A stretch of 62,642 nucleotides of DNA from Granulicella sp. (GCA_027339965.1 DAHWNL010000001.1:1-62642), one strand, 5' to 3'. Shown: positions 20,092-34,123, numbered from the stretch's first letter. Notes: generated from the letters alone by a model not told the origin. Made by a program: numbers and translations.

Positions 20092-20811
20092 ATGGATACC
20101 GTAGCAGCCAAACCGGGGAACCAAGGAAGTGCGGAGATGGCGGTTGGATCCCGGCCAACCGGGGGCAGATCGGGAGGCATCCACTGGCTGCGTTGGGCGC
20201 TGCTGGCGCTGCTGCTGGCCGCCACGGGATGGTTCACCTGGGTCTACCGTCAGATCGTGACCACCGCCGGGCTCGACAACGCGCGGCCGGCGGACGCTAT
20301 TGCCGTGTTTGGCGCGGCCGAGTACGTGGGAAGACCTTCTCCCGTGCTGCGCGCCCGGCTGGACAAAGCGGTGTCACTCTTCGACGAGGGGATGGCGCCG
20401 CTGATCATCACGCTGGGAGGCGGCTTTGAGAAGGACTCGGGAGAGACTGAGGGCGGCGTGGGGCGCGATTACCTGCTGGCCAACGGCGTGCCTTACGGCC
20501 ACATCATCGCCGAGACCAAGTCCTTCGATACCGAACAGCAGGTAACCAGCCTGGCCGGAATTGCGGCTCAGCGTCACCTTCGCCACCTGATCGTCGTCAG
20601 CGATGGCACGCACCTGTTTCGCATCGCGCTCCTCTGCAAACGGGCGGGCTTGAACGTCTACACCTGCCCGCGCGAACCTTTGGGCCATATCGACCAGGTG
20701 GATGCCGCCAAGCGGATTGCCCACGAGATGCTGAGCTACACCTTTGAGCGGCTGAACCTGAACGTGAGCCGGCTGCGCCTGTGGTTGCACGGACAAACCC
20801 CGGCCGGATAG
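20092..20811 (+). CDS. YdcF/ElyC (DUF218) family protein
   Basis: TM anchor then ADAIAVFGAA...PSPVLRARLD, LGG, SFDT, VSDGTHLFR. Confidence 0.88.
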   Translation: MDTVAAKPGNQGSAEMAVGSRPTGGRSGGIHWLRWALLALLLAATGWFTWVYRQIVTTAGLDNARPADAIAVFGAAEYVGRPSPVLRARLDKAVSLFDEGMAPLIITLGGGFEKDSGETEGGVGRDYLLANGVPYGHIIAETKSFDTEQQVTSLAGIAAQRHLRHLIVVSDGTHLFRIALLCKRAGLNVYTCPREPLGHIDQVDAAKRIAHEMLSYTFERLNLNVSRLRLWLHGQTPAG

Positions 20812-20906
20812 CGTCCTTTCGCGCAGTTGAACCACAATACCCCAACTTCGATCGGAGTCTTGCGCGGCCTGTGAGCTCCGGCAGGCGCATCTGCTGGGGA
20901 GTGGGG

Positions 20907-22535
20907 CTATGCCTTCGCGGCTTCAACGGCCCCCACAGGAGAAATGCGCAGATCGCCTCCGGTCATCTGCCGCGGCAGATCCAGCTTCAGCAAGCCGAGA
21001 ATCGTGGGCGAGATATCACGCAGCGAACCGTCCGAGCGAAGCCCAGAGCTCTTGCCCTGGTCGGTGACCAGGATGAAGGGCACGGGGTTGGTGGTATGGG
21101 CGGTGTGCGGGCCGCCTGTGACCGGGTCAATCAGCAGCTCGGCGTTGCCGTGATCGGCGGAGATGATCCAGTTGGCGTTGTGATGCTGGACGGCCTTGTA
21201 GATCCTCCCGAGCTGAGCGTCAATGGTCTCCACCGCCTTGACCGTGGGCTCGATCTTGCCTGAGTGACCCACCATGTCCGCATTGGCGAAGTTCACGATG
21301 ATCACGTCGAAGGCCGTGTCGTTGATCGATTTGACAACCACGTCCGCGATGCCCTCGGCCGACATCTCTGGAGCCAGGTCATAGGTGGCGACCTTTTTGG
21401 AAGGAATCAGCTCCCGGTCCTCTCCGGGAAACGGCTTCTCGATTCCGCCATTGAAGAAGTAGGTGACGTGCGCGTACTTCTCCGTCTCCGCAACACGCAG
21501 ATTGCGCAGATTGGCCGTAGACATCACATTGGCCAGGAGGTTATCCATGCTCTCGGGTGGAATCACCATGGGCAGAGTGAACTTGGGATCGTACTGCGTC
21601 ATCATGACGTAGTGGAGGTGGGCAGGAACGGTATGCAAGGGAATCTCTTCGTTCAACTCCGCGGCCTTGGGAAGGCCAAGGCCGGCGTCAGCGGTGAGGC
21701 CGCTGCGGCGAGTGAGAGCCCGGGTGATCTGGCGGGCTCGATCGGCGCGAAAGTTGAAACAGATGACGGCATCGCCCTCTGCGATCAGGCCGATGGGATG
21801 CCGGCCTGCGTCGACGCAAACAAAGGGTTCGATGAACTCATCGGTGACTCCGTTGTTATAGCTCTCTTTGACCCGGCTGACAGGGTCGCTGTACCTGCCG
21901 CCAGTTGAATCGCCCTTGACCATGGCGCAAAAGGCCTTGGCAATCTTCTCCCAGCGTAAGTCGCGGTCCATGGCGTAGTAGCGGCCACTGACGCTGGCCA
22001 GTTGGCCGACGCCATACTCAGTGAATCTCTGCTCGAGTTCCTGGAGGTAACCGGCTCCGCTGGTGGGCAGCGTATCGCGGCCGTCGAGAAAGGCATGAAC
22101 ATACACGCGCTTGAGGTTGTGCTGCGCGGCCAGGCGCAGCAGCGCGTTCAAGTGACGCTGCTGAGAGTGGACCCCGCCGTCCGAGACCAGTCCGATCAGG
22201 TGCAAGGCGTGACCCTGCTCGGCAACTCGGACGGCCGCCAGCAGCGTCGGGTCAGAGAAGAACTCCCCTGATTCGATGGCCATATCGATGCGCGTGATGT
22301 CCATGCGTACGATCCGGCCCGCTCCGATATTGAGATGGCCAACCTCGCTGTTGCCCATCTGTCCGTCAGGAAGGCCGACGAAGTGGTCGCTGGCCTGGAG
22401 GAGCGTGTTGGGGTTCTCGCGCAGCAACTTGTCATAATTTGGCTTGCGCGCCAGAGCGATGGCATTGCCGCGAGTTTCGACGCGGTAACCCCAACCGTCG
22501 AGAATCGTGAGGATCACCGGTGGTGTTTTTCTCAT
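20907..22535 (-). CDS. gpmI: 2,3-bisphosphoglycerate-independent phosphoglycerate mutase
   Basis: [62 protein letters not shown]. Confidence 0.97.
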   Translation of the reverse strand: MRKTPPVILTILDGWGYRVETRGNAIALARKPNYDKLLRENPNTLLQASDHFVGLPDGQMGNSEVGHLNIGAGRIVRMDITRIDMAIESGEFFSDPTLLAAVRVAEQGHALHLIGLVSDGGVHSQQRHLNALLRLAAQHNLKRVYVHAFLDGRDTLPTSGAGYLQELEQRFTEYGVGQLASVSGRYYAMDRDLRWEKIAKAFCAMVKGDSTGGRYSDPVSRVKESYNNGVTDEFIEPFVCVDAGRHPIGLIAEGDAVICFNFRADRARQITRALTRRSGLTADAGLGLPKAAELNEEIPLHTVPAHLHYVMMTQYDPKFTLPMVIPPESMDNLLANVMSTANLRNLRVAETEKYAHVTYFFNGGIEKPFPGEDRELIPSKKVATYDLAPEMSAEGIADVVVKSINDTAFDVIIVNFANADMVGHSGKIEPTVKAVETIDAQLGRIYKAVQHHNANWIISADHGNAELLIDPVTGGPHTAHTTNPVPFILVTDQGKSSGLRSDGSLRDISPTILGLLKLDLPRQMTGGDLRISPVGAVEAAKA

Positions 22536-22713
22536 AAGGGCCAGCCTCCTTGGCTTGGTTCGGCAGAGAGTGGGAAGGATCGCACAGGGAGGAGTGCAGG
22601 AGCTTGTAAAGCGCCTTCAGGCCCTTGCAGCGTAGCCCGATTCGCGCAGCCCCATTTCAGAAGAAAAGAGCCACACGCAAGGCTGCCCTTTGGGGCGCCG
22701 GCGGCAGCGTTGG

Positions 22714-25567
<2,854 letters not shown>

Positions 25568-25670
25568 AACCTTAACTCTACTCGCCGAGGCCGGCTTTCG
25601 GCTGAGGGCAGATGGATGAGAAGACCGATGCCCTGCATCCGGAGCAGATTTCGGGAATCTATAATGACGT

Positions 25671-26288
25671 ATGCCGTATAGCAAGGTTCGCAGAGTTGCC
25701 GGCGCTGACTTCCCCACCCGATGGGGACACTTTCGCATCCTTGGCTTTGAAGGCGTGGCCGAACCCGCCGGCGCTTCCCTGAAGCATGTGGATGGTCTGG
25801 TGGCCTTGACGATGGGGGATCTCTCGGCCGCTCCGCCACTGGTGAGAATCCACTCCCAGTGCCTGACCGGCGATGTCTTTCACTCCTTGCGCTGCGACTG
25901 CCACGATCAGCTCCACATGGCGCTGGGACTGATCGCCAAACAGGGTGCCGGAGTGCTGCTCTACGAGGAGCAGGAAGGCCGGGGCATCGGACTGATGGCC
26001 AAATTGCGCGCATACGAATTGCAGGATGAAGGACTGGACACGATCGAGGCTAACTTGAAGCTGGGGTTTCGCGCCGACTACCGCGAGTTCGAGCTGCCGG
26101 CTGAGGTTCTCAAGGCCCTGCACATCCCTGCGGTTCGGTTGATTACCAATAATCCGGAGAAGGTACGAGCACTGAAGGATGCGGGGATTCAGGTGGTCGA
26201 ACGTATTCCCGCCAACATTCCTGCGGAGCCGACTTTCCAGCGCTATCTGGAAACCAAGCGCGACAAGATGGGGCACCTGATCGGATAA
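25671..26288 (+). CDS. ribA: GTP cyclohydrolase II
   Basis: RIHSQCLTGDVFHSLRCDC, QEGRGIGL, LITNNPEK, YLETKRDKMGH. Confidence 0.96.
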   Translation: MPYSKVRRVAGADFPTRWGHFRILGFEGVAEPAGASLKHVDGLVALTMGDLSAAPPLVRIHSQCLTGDVFHSLRCDCHDQLHMALGLIAKQGAGVLLYEEQEGRGIGLMAKLRAYELQDEGLDTIEANLKLGFRADYREFELPAEVLKALHIPAVRLITNNPEKVRALKDAGIQVVERIPANIPAEPTFQRYLETKRDKMGHLIG

Positions 26289-26394
26289 TCGAAGGCCGCC
26301 CAATGCCTTTCCATGCGCGGCAAGAGGTCCAGGACGGTTGTAGCCGCACAACCATAGTGCAGGTAGCTCGTCCAATCCAAAGGCAGGAGAGAAT

Positions 26395-27000
26395 ATGACC
26401 ATTGATGAAGAGATGAAGTCTGCACAGGCCGAAGATGGAGTCCTCGAAGTGATCCGCCGTCGATGGAGTCCGCGGTCCTTCTCCGAGCAGCCAGTCGCAG
26501 ACACCGATCTGGCCAAGATCTTTACCGCCGCTGCCTGGGCCGCGTCGAGCTACAACGAGCAGCCTTGGCGATTTTTGGTCGGACGAATGGGCGACTCGAC
26601 CTACGAGAAGATTCTGGACGCCCTGGTAGAGTTCAACCAGGTATGGGCCAAGACCGCGCCGGTTCTGATCCTGTCGGCAAGCAAAAAGGTCTTTTCCGCC
26701 AACGGTTATCCCAACTCGTTGTGCCTGCACGACACCGGAGCCGCGTCGGCGCACATGAGCCTGCAGGCAACGGCGCTGGGGTTGCAGACGCATGGCATGG
26801 GCGGCGTGGACAAGCAGAGAGCGCGCCAGAACTTTTCCATCCCCGAGGAGTTCGAGATCGGCGCTGCCTGGGCGCTGGGATATCCGGGCGATCCGGATGC
26901 GCTGCCCATGATCTATCGCGAGATGGAGAAAGCGGCCAGAACACGCAAGCCGCTGCGGGATTTCGTCTTCAGCCAGTGGGATCGGCCTGCAGAGGTGTAA
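26395..27000 (+). CDS. Nitroreductase family protein
   Basis: RRWSPRSF, AASSYNEQPWRF, HDTGAA, HGMGG, ALGYPG. Confidence 0.92.
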   Translation: MTIDEEMKSAQAEDGVLEVIRRRWSPRSFSEQPVADTDLAKIFTAAAWAASSYNEQPWRFLVGRMGDSTYEKILDALVEFNQVWAKTAPVLILSASKKVFSANGYPNSLCLHDTGAASAHMSLQATALGLQTHGMGGVDKQRARQNFSIPEEFEIGAAWALGYPGDPDALPMIYREMEKAARTRKPLRDFVFSQWDRPAEV

Positions 27001-27147
27001 AAAAGACTTTGCTGCCGAATCGGGCCTCTCCGGCGGGTGCTCCAGGAAGCCGACCGGGATGGCTAAGCTGTTGCAAGGGCGTCCCGAGATCTTTTGATAA
27101 AACATTCGCAACGGAGCGGCGCTTCCACGGCGCATTCTCTGCCACGT

Positions 27148-27681
27148 TTACTCTCTGTCCGGCACAGTAAACATAAGAACTTTGACCGTGGTCACGAGTT
27201 GGCCAATGTGGCGCTGACTATGGTCCGCGCAGTGGACCAGAAGACCGCCGACCGTGGCCGGCAGTTGCTTCTTCCCAATATGAACCAACTCATGGAAGCG
27301 ATCGGGAGTGATCGAGCGGATGCGCTCGGCCGCTCCTTTCAGCCCGGTGCGAAACTCGTCGAAGACCTCGGCGATGGTGCTGGGGTGCAGGCCGGTCGTA
27401 TCCAGTTCGCTCTTGAGAGCATCCAGTTGAGCCGCGCTGAGCTGTTTGCCCTCCGCGTAGGTGAGCAAGCGATCCAGCGAGCGGACGATGTGGCGTAGAT
27501 GAAAGACGATGGGCGGAAGACCAGCGGGACGATCGAGAAGCTGGTCATCGCGCAAAGACTTGCACCAGTGGTAGGCATCTTCGCCGCAGAGATCCAGGGC
27601 ATGGAGGATACCGCGTCGGATGGGATCGATGTCGTTGTGGGTGCCACGCAGCCAAGGCTCGGGGAGGGCGGATTTTTGCAT
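27148..27681 (-). CDS. DinB superfamily protein
   Basis: PEPWLRG, FHLRHI...DRLLTYA, HCADHSQRHIGQ His pattern. Confidence 0.85.
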   Translation of the reverse strand: MQKSALPEPWLRGTHNDIDPIRRGILHALDLCGEDAYHWCKSLRDDQLLDRPAGLPPIVFHLRHIVRSLDRLLTYAEGKQLSAAQLDALKSELDTTGLHPSTIAEVFDEFRTGLKGAAERIRSITPDRFHELVHIGKKQLPATVGGLLVHCADHSQRHIGQLVTTVKVLMFTVPDRE

Positions 27682-27958
27682 CAGTGACCTCGCTCCACTC
27701 CATCATGAACCAGATGACGCGGAATGCAAAGTCCGAATGTCTTTTCCTTGGAGATCTGGGTCTGCTGAAAGCAGACGTGGATGCACGCAGATGCGGATGG
27801 CGCGGATAGCTCGGAACGCGAAGATTCATGGGTAGGCGGCCGAGACGCCGGCGAGGAAACTCATGCCAAGTCTCAGCCGCGTAGATTCTCCGGAGCTTGA
27901 CAGGGTGCGGAGAGCGAACTCCTCATCCAGGGCCGAAGCGCCGTCTTCCCACCAACGC

Positions 27959-28831
27959 TCATGCCTCTGCCGCGCGACCCGACGCAGCATCGGTATCCGG
28001 CCCGGCGAGGGCCTCTGGCGCAGGCGCGGCGGCTTCCACTTCAGCGTCCGCTTTGGCGGCAGCGGAGGCGCCTTTCACCCGGACTACGGTGATCTTGTCG
28101 AAGCCCTCTTTGAATGCGGGTGGACGCAGCCGCTCGGCCATCTTGTGCATGACATCGTCGGTAACCTGGCGATCACGCTTCGAGTTGCGCTCCAGGCACA
28201 CCGCCAAGGGTACATCAAAGAAGACCGCATGCACCTCATAGCCAAAGGACTTCGCCATCTTGATCCATTGGCGCCGCTCATGGGGGCTCAGATTGGTGGC
28301 GTCCACGTAGTTCCATGGCATCTTGGCGATCAGGCGGGCGCGAAGCAGGCTGCGCAACGTACTGAAGACCAGGCCTTGATAACGCTGTTCGGAGATGTCG
28401 TCGAAGAGAAGACTGCGCAGCAGGTCGCTCGAAAGCGGCGTCACGCCGCGGCGCTTGTACCAGGTGGTCTTGCCTGAACCCGGGAGCCCAATGGTCAGCA
28501 CAACGTAGCCGCGGGGGCTACGGGGAGCAACAGCCTCTGGACTGGCGGGGGGCGTGGCCAGGGAGTCCGGCTGAAGTTCGTGAATCAGACGCGGCTCGGG
28601 GGTCGCCGCAGAAGATGCGGTTTGCGCCGGCGAAGGCGGCTCGGGCAGCGCGGCGAGCGCTGCCGGTTCGGCCGGCGCGGGCGCCGGGGACAGGGGTGCT
28701 GGATAGGAGGGCTGCAGGGGTGCAGGTTGGTTTGCAGGAAGTTCCTGACCAATCTTGCCGGTGGACTCCGACTCGTTCGGACCACGCTTCGAACGTCTTC
28801 TCATGAGCTTGTCGCGCAACCAGTCGCGCAT
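27959..28831 (-). CDS. P-loop kinase (AAA_33 / polynucleotide-kinase-like) with disordered N-terminus
   Basis: GLPGSGKTT, LSSD, VDATN, CLERNSKRDRQV, EGF. Confidence 0.85.
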   Translation of the reverse strand: MRDWLRDKLMRRRSKRGPNESESTGKIGQELPANQPAPLQPSYPAPLSPAPAPAEPAALAALPEPPSPAQTASSAATPEPRLIHELQPDSLATPPASPEAVAPRSPRGYVVLTIGLPGSGKTTWYKRRGVTPLSSDLLRSLLFDDISEQRYQGLVFSTLRSLLRARLIAKMPWNYVDATNLSPHERRQWIKMAKSFGYEVHAVFFDVPLAVCLERNSKRDRQVTDDVMHKMAERLRPPAFKEGFDKITVVRVKGASAAAKADAEVEAAAPAPEALAGPDTDAASGRAAEA

Positions 28832-28987
28832 AGCTGGTTTGTAACACAAGCCGACCCCCTGCCGCAAAAACAGTGCAAATGCGAAATAACTCCCGCGTTT
28901 CGGCTCGCTGTTCGTCCTCCAGTTTGCGATTGACGATGGCCTTTGTTAGTTTGATCCATGGGAAGAACTCTGAAGAAATGAGGGATT

Positions 28988-29992
28988 ATGGCAGTCAAAG
29001 TAGGCATCAATGGCTTCGGACGCATTGGACGGAATATCTTGCGCAGCGCGCTCGGCAACGCGGATATCGAATTTGTTGCAGTCAATGATCTGACGACACC
29101 GTCGACGCTGGCGCATCTGCTGAAGCACGACTCGATTCTGGGCAACGTGAAGAACAGCATCTCCGCAACCGAGGACTCGATCCTGATCGACGGCAAAGCG
29201 ATGAAGGTGTTCGCGGAGCGCGACCCGGCTAAGCTCGACTGGGCTTCGGTGGGCGCGGAGATCGTGGTGGAGTCCACCGGATTCTTTACCGACGCGACCA
29301 AGGCCAAGGCTCATCTGGGCAGCTCGGTCAAAAAGGTGATCATCTCGGCACCGGCCTCAAACGAGGATCTGACTGTGGTACTGGGCGTCAATGACGATAG
29401 GTACGATCCCGCCAAGCACCACGTGATCTCCAACGCGAGCTGCACCACCAACTGCCTGGCTCCGATTGTCAAGGTGCTTCACGATACCTTTGGGATCGCC
29501 TCCGGCATCATGACGACGATCCACAGCTACACGAACGATCAGGTGGTTCTGGATACCCCTCACAAGGATCTGCGCCGGGCAAGAGCCGCCGGAATGAGCA
29601 TGATTCCCAGCTCCACCGGAGCCGCCAAGGCGCTCAAGCTGGTGATTCCGGCGATGGACGGCAAGCTGGATGGATTTGCCGTTCGTGTTCCAACGCCCAA
29701 CGTCTCGGTGGTGGATCTTACGTTTGTCGCCGAGAAGGCGATCGATACGAAAACCGTCAATGCCGCGTTCAAAGCGGCCAGCGAGGGCGCCATGAAGGGA
29801 ATCCTCGGCTATACCGACGAAGAGCTGGTCTCCGTCGACTTCCGGGGTAATCCGCTGTCCAGCATCGTGGATAGCAAGCTCACCAAGGTCATTGCCAACA
29901 CCGGCAAGGTGATCAGCTGGTATGACAACGAGTGGGGTTACTCGTGCCGAGTGCGGGATCTGATCCTGTTTCTCAAGTCCAAGGGACTGTAG
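28988..29992 (+). CDS. gap: Glyceraldehyde-3-phosphate dehydrogenase (type I)
   Basis: GINGFGRIGR, SNASCTTNCLAP, WYDNEWGYS. Confidence 0.98.
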   Translation: MAVKVGINGFGRIGRNILRSALGNADIEFVAVNDLTTPSTLAHLLKHDSILGNVKNSISATEDSILIDGKAMKVFAERDPAKLDWASVGAEIVVESTGFFTDATKAKAHLGSSVKKVIISAPASNEDLTVVLGVNDDRYDPAKHHVISNASCTTNCLAPIVKVLHDTFGIASGIMTTIHSYTNDQVVLDTPHKDLRRARAAGMSMIPSSTGAAKALKLVIPAMDGKLDGFAVRVPTPNVSVVDLTFVAEKAIDTKTVNAAFKAASEGAMKGILGYTDEELVSVDFRGNPLSSIVDSKLTKVIANTGKVISWYDNEWGYSCRVRDLILFLKSKGL

Positions 29993-30012
29993 AGACACAC
30001 CCGGAAGTGGAA

Positions 30013-30056
30013 GGGAGGGAACGGCGGCCCGACGGTCCCCGTTCCCTTCTCTTTTT
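30013..30056 (+). terminator. Probable Rho-independent terminator after gap
   Basis: AGGGAACGG/CCGTTCCCT stem extended by G-U pairs, followed by CTTTTT. Confidence 0.6.
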
Positions 30057-30149
30057 GCAGGAGAGCTCGCTCGTCGTTTGGACCCGAGATGCCTTTCCTT
30101 GCTCCATCGAGGATGTGGCTGCGACGACCGGGCTGAAGCCTCTCCCTCC

Positions 30150-30216
30150 GGGAAGACCTGCTCCGGGAAGACTAACTGTGGGAAGACTAGCTGTGGGAAG
30201 ACTAGCTGCGGGAAGA
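30150..30216. repeat. 15-bp tandem repeat, ~4.5 copies
   Basis: GGGAAGACCTGCTCC, GGGAAGACTAACTGT, GGGAAGACTAGCTGT, GGGAAGACTAGCTGC, GGGAAGA. Confidence 0.9.
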
Positions 30217-30270
30217 AACGATGATTCTCCAAACACGTTTAGCCGGAAAGGGAGGCACAGGGAGGCACAG

Positions 30271-30642
30271 ATGGAACGGACGAAGATTGCAGGAACATCC
30301 CCCTATGAGTCGATAATTGGATTTTCGCGCGCGGTGCGCGTGGGCAGGGTGGTTCACGTCTCTGGCACAGGGCCGGTAGGGGCTGAAGAGATGTCTGCGG
30401 CCGAACAGACCCGTCTGGTGTTGGGACTGATTCAGAAGGCGCTCGCACAGGCCGGCGCACGCTTTGAAGATGTAGTGCGGACGCGAATCTTTCTGGCGCA
30501 TGCTGAGGACTGGGAGGAAGTGGGACGCGCCCATGGTGAGGTCTTCGGCAAGATCCGGCCGGCTTCAACTATGGTGGTAGCCGCTCTACTGAATCCCAAG
30601 TGGAGACTCGAAATGGAGGCTGAAGCCATCATCGAGTCGTGA
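30271..30642 (+). CDS. RidA/YjgF family protein
   Basis: GFSRAVRVG..VHVSGT, DVVRTRIF, GRAHGEVF..IRPASTMV, EMEAEA. Confidence 0.92.
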   Translation: MERTKIAGTSPYESIIGFSRAVRVGRVVHVSGTGPVGAEEMSAAEQTRLVLGLIQKALAQAGARFEDVVRTRIFLAHAEDWEEVGRAHGEVFGKIRPASTMVVAALLNPKWRLEMEAEAIIES

Positions 30643-31045
30643 GACAGGGATCGGCAGAGAAGCAAGGCCAGGGGAGAAGATCAGGGGAATTCGAGCAGAA
30701 GCCGACGCGATCCTCTCTTTGCCTTCCCCGCTGCATTCCGCCTGAGAGCTGAAGGCAAACCGGAGTGAAGTTTGACGGCAGAGACCGTGGCTCCGCAGCG
30801 CACCTGCGGCTGCGCCTCCAGCGCTGGGTGCAACCTGCTGCCGGCTGGAGCCCGCCGCTTTCCGTAAGCTCTCAGCCTTGGCCGGCGTTGCCACCTGCGG
30901 ACGCGCCGAGCAACGTGGCTGTGAAATTCATTCAAATCCCATCTTGGTGCGCAGAGACTTCACATCTCTCGCCACCGAGTTTGCGCGCGAGACGGCAGGA
31001 ATTTCACCTGTTCAACTTCGGGCCGGTTCATTTATTCTTCTAGCA

Positions 31046-32257
31046 ATGGCAAAGCTATCCATTCGCGACCTCGATCTTACCGACAAGCGTGTCTTGATTC
31101 GTGTGGACTTCAACGTGCCTCTCTCCAAAGAGGGCGCGATAACGGATGACACGCGCATTCGTGAGACGATTCCGACCATTGAGTATGCTCTTCGGCGCAG
31201 AGCCAAGGTCATTCTGGCGGCACACCTGGGACGGCCCAAAGGCAAAAAGGTGGATTCAATGAGCCTGCGCCCGGTGGTGGCGCGGTTGCGGATGCTGTTG
31301 GATGGCGTGTTGGATGCCGACGAGAATGTGGCGTTTGCTCCCGATTGCGTGGGCTCGGTGGCCGAAGAGATGGCCAACAACCTGGAGCCGGGACAGACAC
31401 TGCTGCTGGAAAACCTGCGCTTTCACGCCGGCGAAGAGGCTAACGATCCCCAGTTTGCCAAACAGCTTGCAGCGTTGTGCGACTTGTATGTGAACGATGC
31501 CTTTGGGGCAGCTCATCGAGCCCACGCCTCCACCGAAGGAATCACCCACCATGTGGCGCAATCAGCCGCCGGCATGCTGATGGAGAAGGAGTTGAACTAC
31601 CTGGGCAAAGCGGTCAGCGAACCTTTCCGGCCCTTTGTCGCGATCATTGGAGGAGCCAAAGTTTCAGACAAGATTGAAGTGATCAATGCTCTCCTGGACC
31701 GGGTGGATGCTCTGTTGATAGGTGGCGGCATGACCTATACCTTCCTGAATGCGAAGGGGCAGGCCACAGGCAAATCCCTGGTGGAGATGGACAAGCTGGA
31801 CGTGGCCAAAGCCGCCATGGACAAGGCTGCGGAACGGGGTGTGAAGTTTCTGCTCCCGGTAGACCATGTACTTGCAGACAAGTTCGCGGCCGACGCGCGG
31901 ACCCAGGTTTTCAGCGGCGCTGGAGCCTTCCCGGAAGATTGGATGGCCCTGGACATTGGACCGGCTACGGTGAAACTTTTCTCGGAAGAGGTTGCCGAAG
32001 CGGCAACGGTGGTGTGGAACGGACCGATGGGCGTCGCCGAGTTTTCAGCCTTTGCCAAGGGCACCAACGCAATCGCAAACGCCCTAGCCCGCAACAATGA
32101 CGCGATCACCATTGTGGGGGGCGGAGACTCTGTAGCGGCCTTGCATCACTCCGGCGTCGCCGACAAGATCACCCATATCTCCACGGGCGGAGGAGCAAGC
32201 CTGGAGTTCCTGGAGGGCAAAGTCCTTCCTGGCGTTGCTGCCCTGACTGACAAGTAA
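31046..32257 (+). CDS. pgk: Phosphoglycerate kinase
   Basis: [59 protein letters not shown]. Confidence 0.98.
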   Translation: MAKLSIRDLDLTDKRVLIRVDFNVPLSKEGAITDDTRIRETIPTIEYALRRRAKVILAAHLGRPKGKKVDSMSLRPVVARLRMLLDGVLDADENVAFAPDCVGSVAEEMANNLEPGQTLLLENLRFHAGEEANDPQFAKQLAALCDLYVNDAFGAAHRAHASTEGITHHVAQSAAGMLMEKELNYLGKAVSEPFRPFVAIIGGAKVSDKIEVINALLDRVDALLIGGGMTYTFLNAKGQATGKSLVEMDKLDVAKAAMDKAAERGVKFLLPVDHVLADKFAADARTQVFSGAGAFPEDWMALDIGPATVKLFSEEVAEAATVVWNGPMGVAEFSAFAKGTNAIANALARNNDAITIVGGGDSVAALHHSGVADKITHISTGGGASLEFLEGKVLPGVAALTDK

Positions 32258-32476
32258 GTTCATGAAGCCCACAGAAGAGAACCCGACGTGGTGTACGGCG
32301 AGCAGGCCGAGAGGTTTGGCAGCAGCGGCTGCTCACAGCCCTCACGCAAACAGATCTCTTCTCGTCTCCTCGCCCGGAGCAGGCGTGCATCTGCGCCTTC
32401 CCTGAGCATCCTCACGCAGCCAAGCCAGCGGCCGCATGGCACTGGCGCCAAAGATCTTCACAGGTAAATAGGGAGA

Positions 32477-33232
32477 ATGATGCGTAAGCCGATCATTGCC
32501 GGAAATTGGAAGATGTACAAGACACCTAAGGAATCGCTCGCCTTTGTGAGCGCCTTCCTTCCCCTGGTGGAGGGTCATGACCGGGATGAAATTCTGCTGT
32601 TTCCCACGATAACCTCTCTGGCCTCCGTGATTGAAGCTGTGGCCGGAACCAACGTGCGTGCCGGGGCTCAGAATATGCATTGGCTCAACGAAGGAGCTTA
32701 TACCGGACAAACATCGCCGACCATGCTTCTCTCCATTGGCTGCAGGCACGTGCTGCTGGGCCACTCCGAGCAGCGGATGTACTTCAATGAGACCTCGGAG
32801 CGGGTGAACCTGAAGTTGAAGGCGGCGATCAGCCATGGAATGACACCGATTGTCTGTGTTGGCGAACTTCTGGCCGAGCGCGAAAACTCGCAGACCGAAG
32901 AGGTTCTGCGTACCCAGGTGCGAACAGCGCTGCACAATGTCTCCGCCGCTGAGGCGCAACGTCTGGTGATCGCCTACGAACCCGTCTGGGCGATTGGAAC
33001 CGGAGCCACGGCCACGCCGGAGATCGCCGCCGAAGCCCATGCGATGATTCGTCACGAACTGGCGCACTGTTGCGGCTCGCAGATTGCCCAGGAGACGCGC
33101 ATCTTGTATGGAGGGTCCGTCAAACCTGAAAACATCAGCGCGCTGATGGCCCAGCAGCAGATTGATGGAGCCCTGGTGGGCGGAGCAAGTCTGGTTCCGG
33201 CAACCTTCGCCAGCATCGTGCGTTACCAGTAG
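32477..33232 (+). CDS. tpiA: Triosephosphate isomerase
   Basis: AGNWKM, GHSE, AYEPVWAIGTG, LYGGSV, LVGGASL. Confidence 0.97.
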   Translation: MMRKPIIAGNWKMYKTPKESLAFVSAFLPLVEGHDRDEILLFPTITSLASVIEAVAGTNVRAGAQNMHWLNEGAYTGQTSPTMLLSIGCRHVLLGHSEQRMYFNETSERVNLKLKAAISHGMTPIVCVGELLAERENSQTEEVLRTQVRTALHNVSAAEAQRLVIAYEPVWAIGTGATATPEIAAEAHAMIRHELAHCCGSQIAQETRILYGGSVKPENISALMAQQQIDGALVGGASLVPATFASIVRYQ

Positions 33233-33388
33233 CGCAGAACGCCTGCGGCTTCCACGGCTGCTCCTGTCCGCGGCTCAGCTACGCGCTCCGCGCGGAGGAG
33301 CTTGCGCAAGCGGGCCTGCCACGGTGTCTTGCTGGGGACAGACGCCCCAAAAGCTCCCCGCATCGGGAACGAACCGCAGGGAAAACTT

Positions 33389-34123
33389 TTAGTGGACCAC
33401 GCCGGCCTGGTCCACTGGCCAGTAGACGAAGGCTGCCTTGCCGTAGATCAGCGAGATGGGCACCGGACCAAAGTCGCGGCTATCGCTGGAGATGTTGCGA
33501 TGGTCGCCCATCACCCAGCACTCTTGCTGGGGGATGGTCATCTCCGGCACAGAGCGGTCGTCGCGGAAGCGGCTTGGCACGTAGGGCTCCTTGAGCTTGC
33601 GGCCATTGAGATACACCGTACCTTGCACGATACGGAGCCGGTCGCCGGGGAGCGCGATGACCCTCTTGATGTAGCTCTTGGTATGGTCGCGGGGATAGAG
33701 AAAGACGACCACATCGCCGCGTTGAATGGACTCAAAGTGGTAGACGAACTTATTGATGAAGAGCCGATCCTGATCGGCCAGGTGCGGCAGCATGCTGGTG
33801 CCTTCCACGCGCACCGGTTGATACAGAAAAAGGATGATGAACAGAGAGATGGCCAGCGAGATCAGCATGTCCCGCGTCCATGAACCGGAGCGGGCGGTTC
33901 CTCCGCGGGGAGACATAGCGGCCAGGTTGCCATCATCTGCGGCTACGGCGCCGGGCTGGCAGGGATCCGGCTGTGCAGGCGAGCAAGCAGCGCCGCGAAG
34001 GTTGGCTTGGGGCGCGGCGGAGGGTTGAGCCGGCTGGCGGTTGGGCTCGGTCGGGTCCGGCGTCGGCAAGGAGTTTATTTCAGGCACGTTTGCTGGGACT
34101 CTTCGGCGGAAAGTTCGGGCCAT
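33389..34123 (-). CDS. lepB: Signal peptidase I
   Basis: TM then GTSMLP (Ser), YIKRVIALPGD (Lys), MGDHRNISSDSR; true start may be downstream. Confidence 0.93.
   Translation of the reverse strand: MARTFRRRVPANVPEINSLPTPDPTEPNRQPAQPSAAPQANLRGAACSPAQPDPCQPGAVAADDGNLAAMSPRGGTARSGSWTRDMLISLAISLFIILFLYQPVRVEGTSMLPHLADQDRLFINKFVYHFESIQRGDVVVFLYPRDHTKSYIKRVIALPGDRLRIVQGTVYLNGRKLKEPYVPSRFRDDRSVPEMTIPQQECWVMGDHRNISSDSRDFGPVPISLIYGKAAFVYWPVDQAGVVH

Noticed and set aside
27770..27810. REP-like GCAGATG/GCGGATG repeats
   Set aside because: Too short and degenerate; no second copy or associated gene seen.
30150..30216. Possible CRISPR array
   Set aside because: 15-bp units abut with no unique spacers, and no cas genes are present.
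30751..30850. c-di-GMP-I riboswitch suggested by GGCAAACC
   Set aside because: Lacks the GNRA-capped stem and the downstream GACGCAAA motif.
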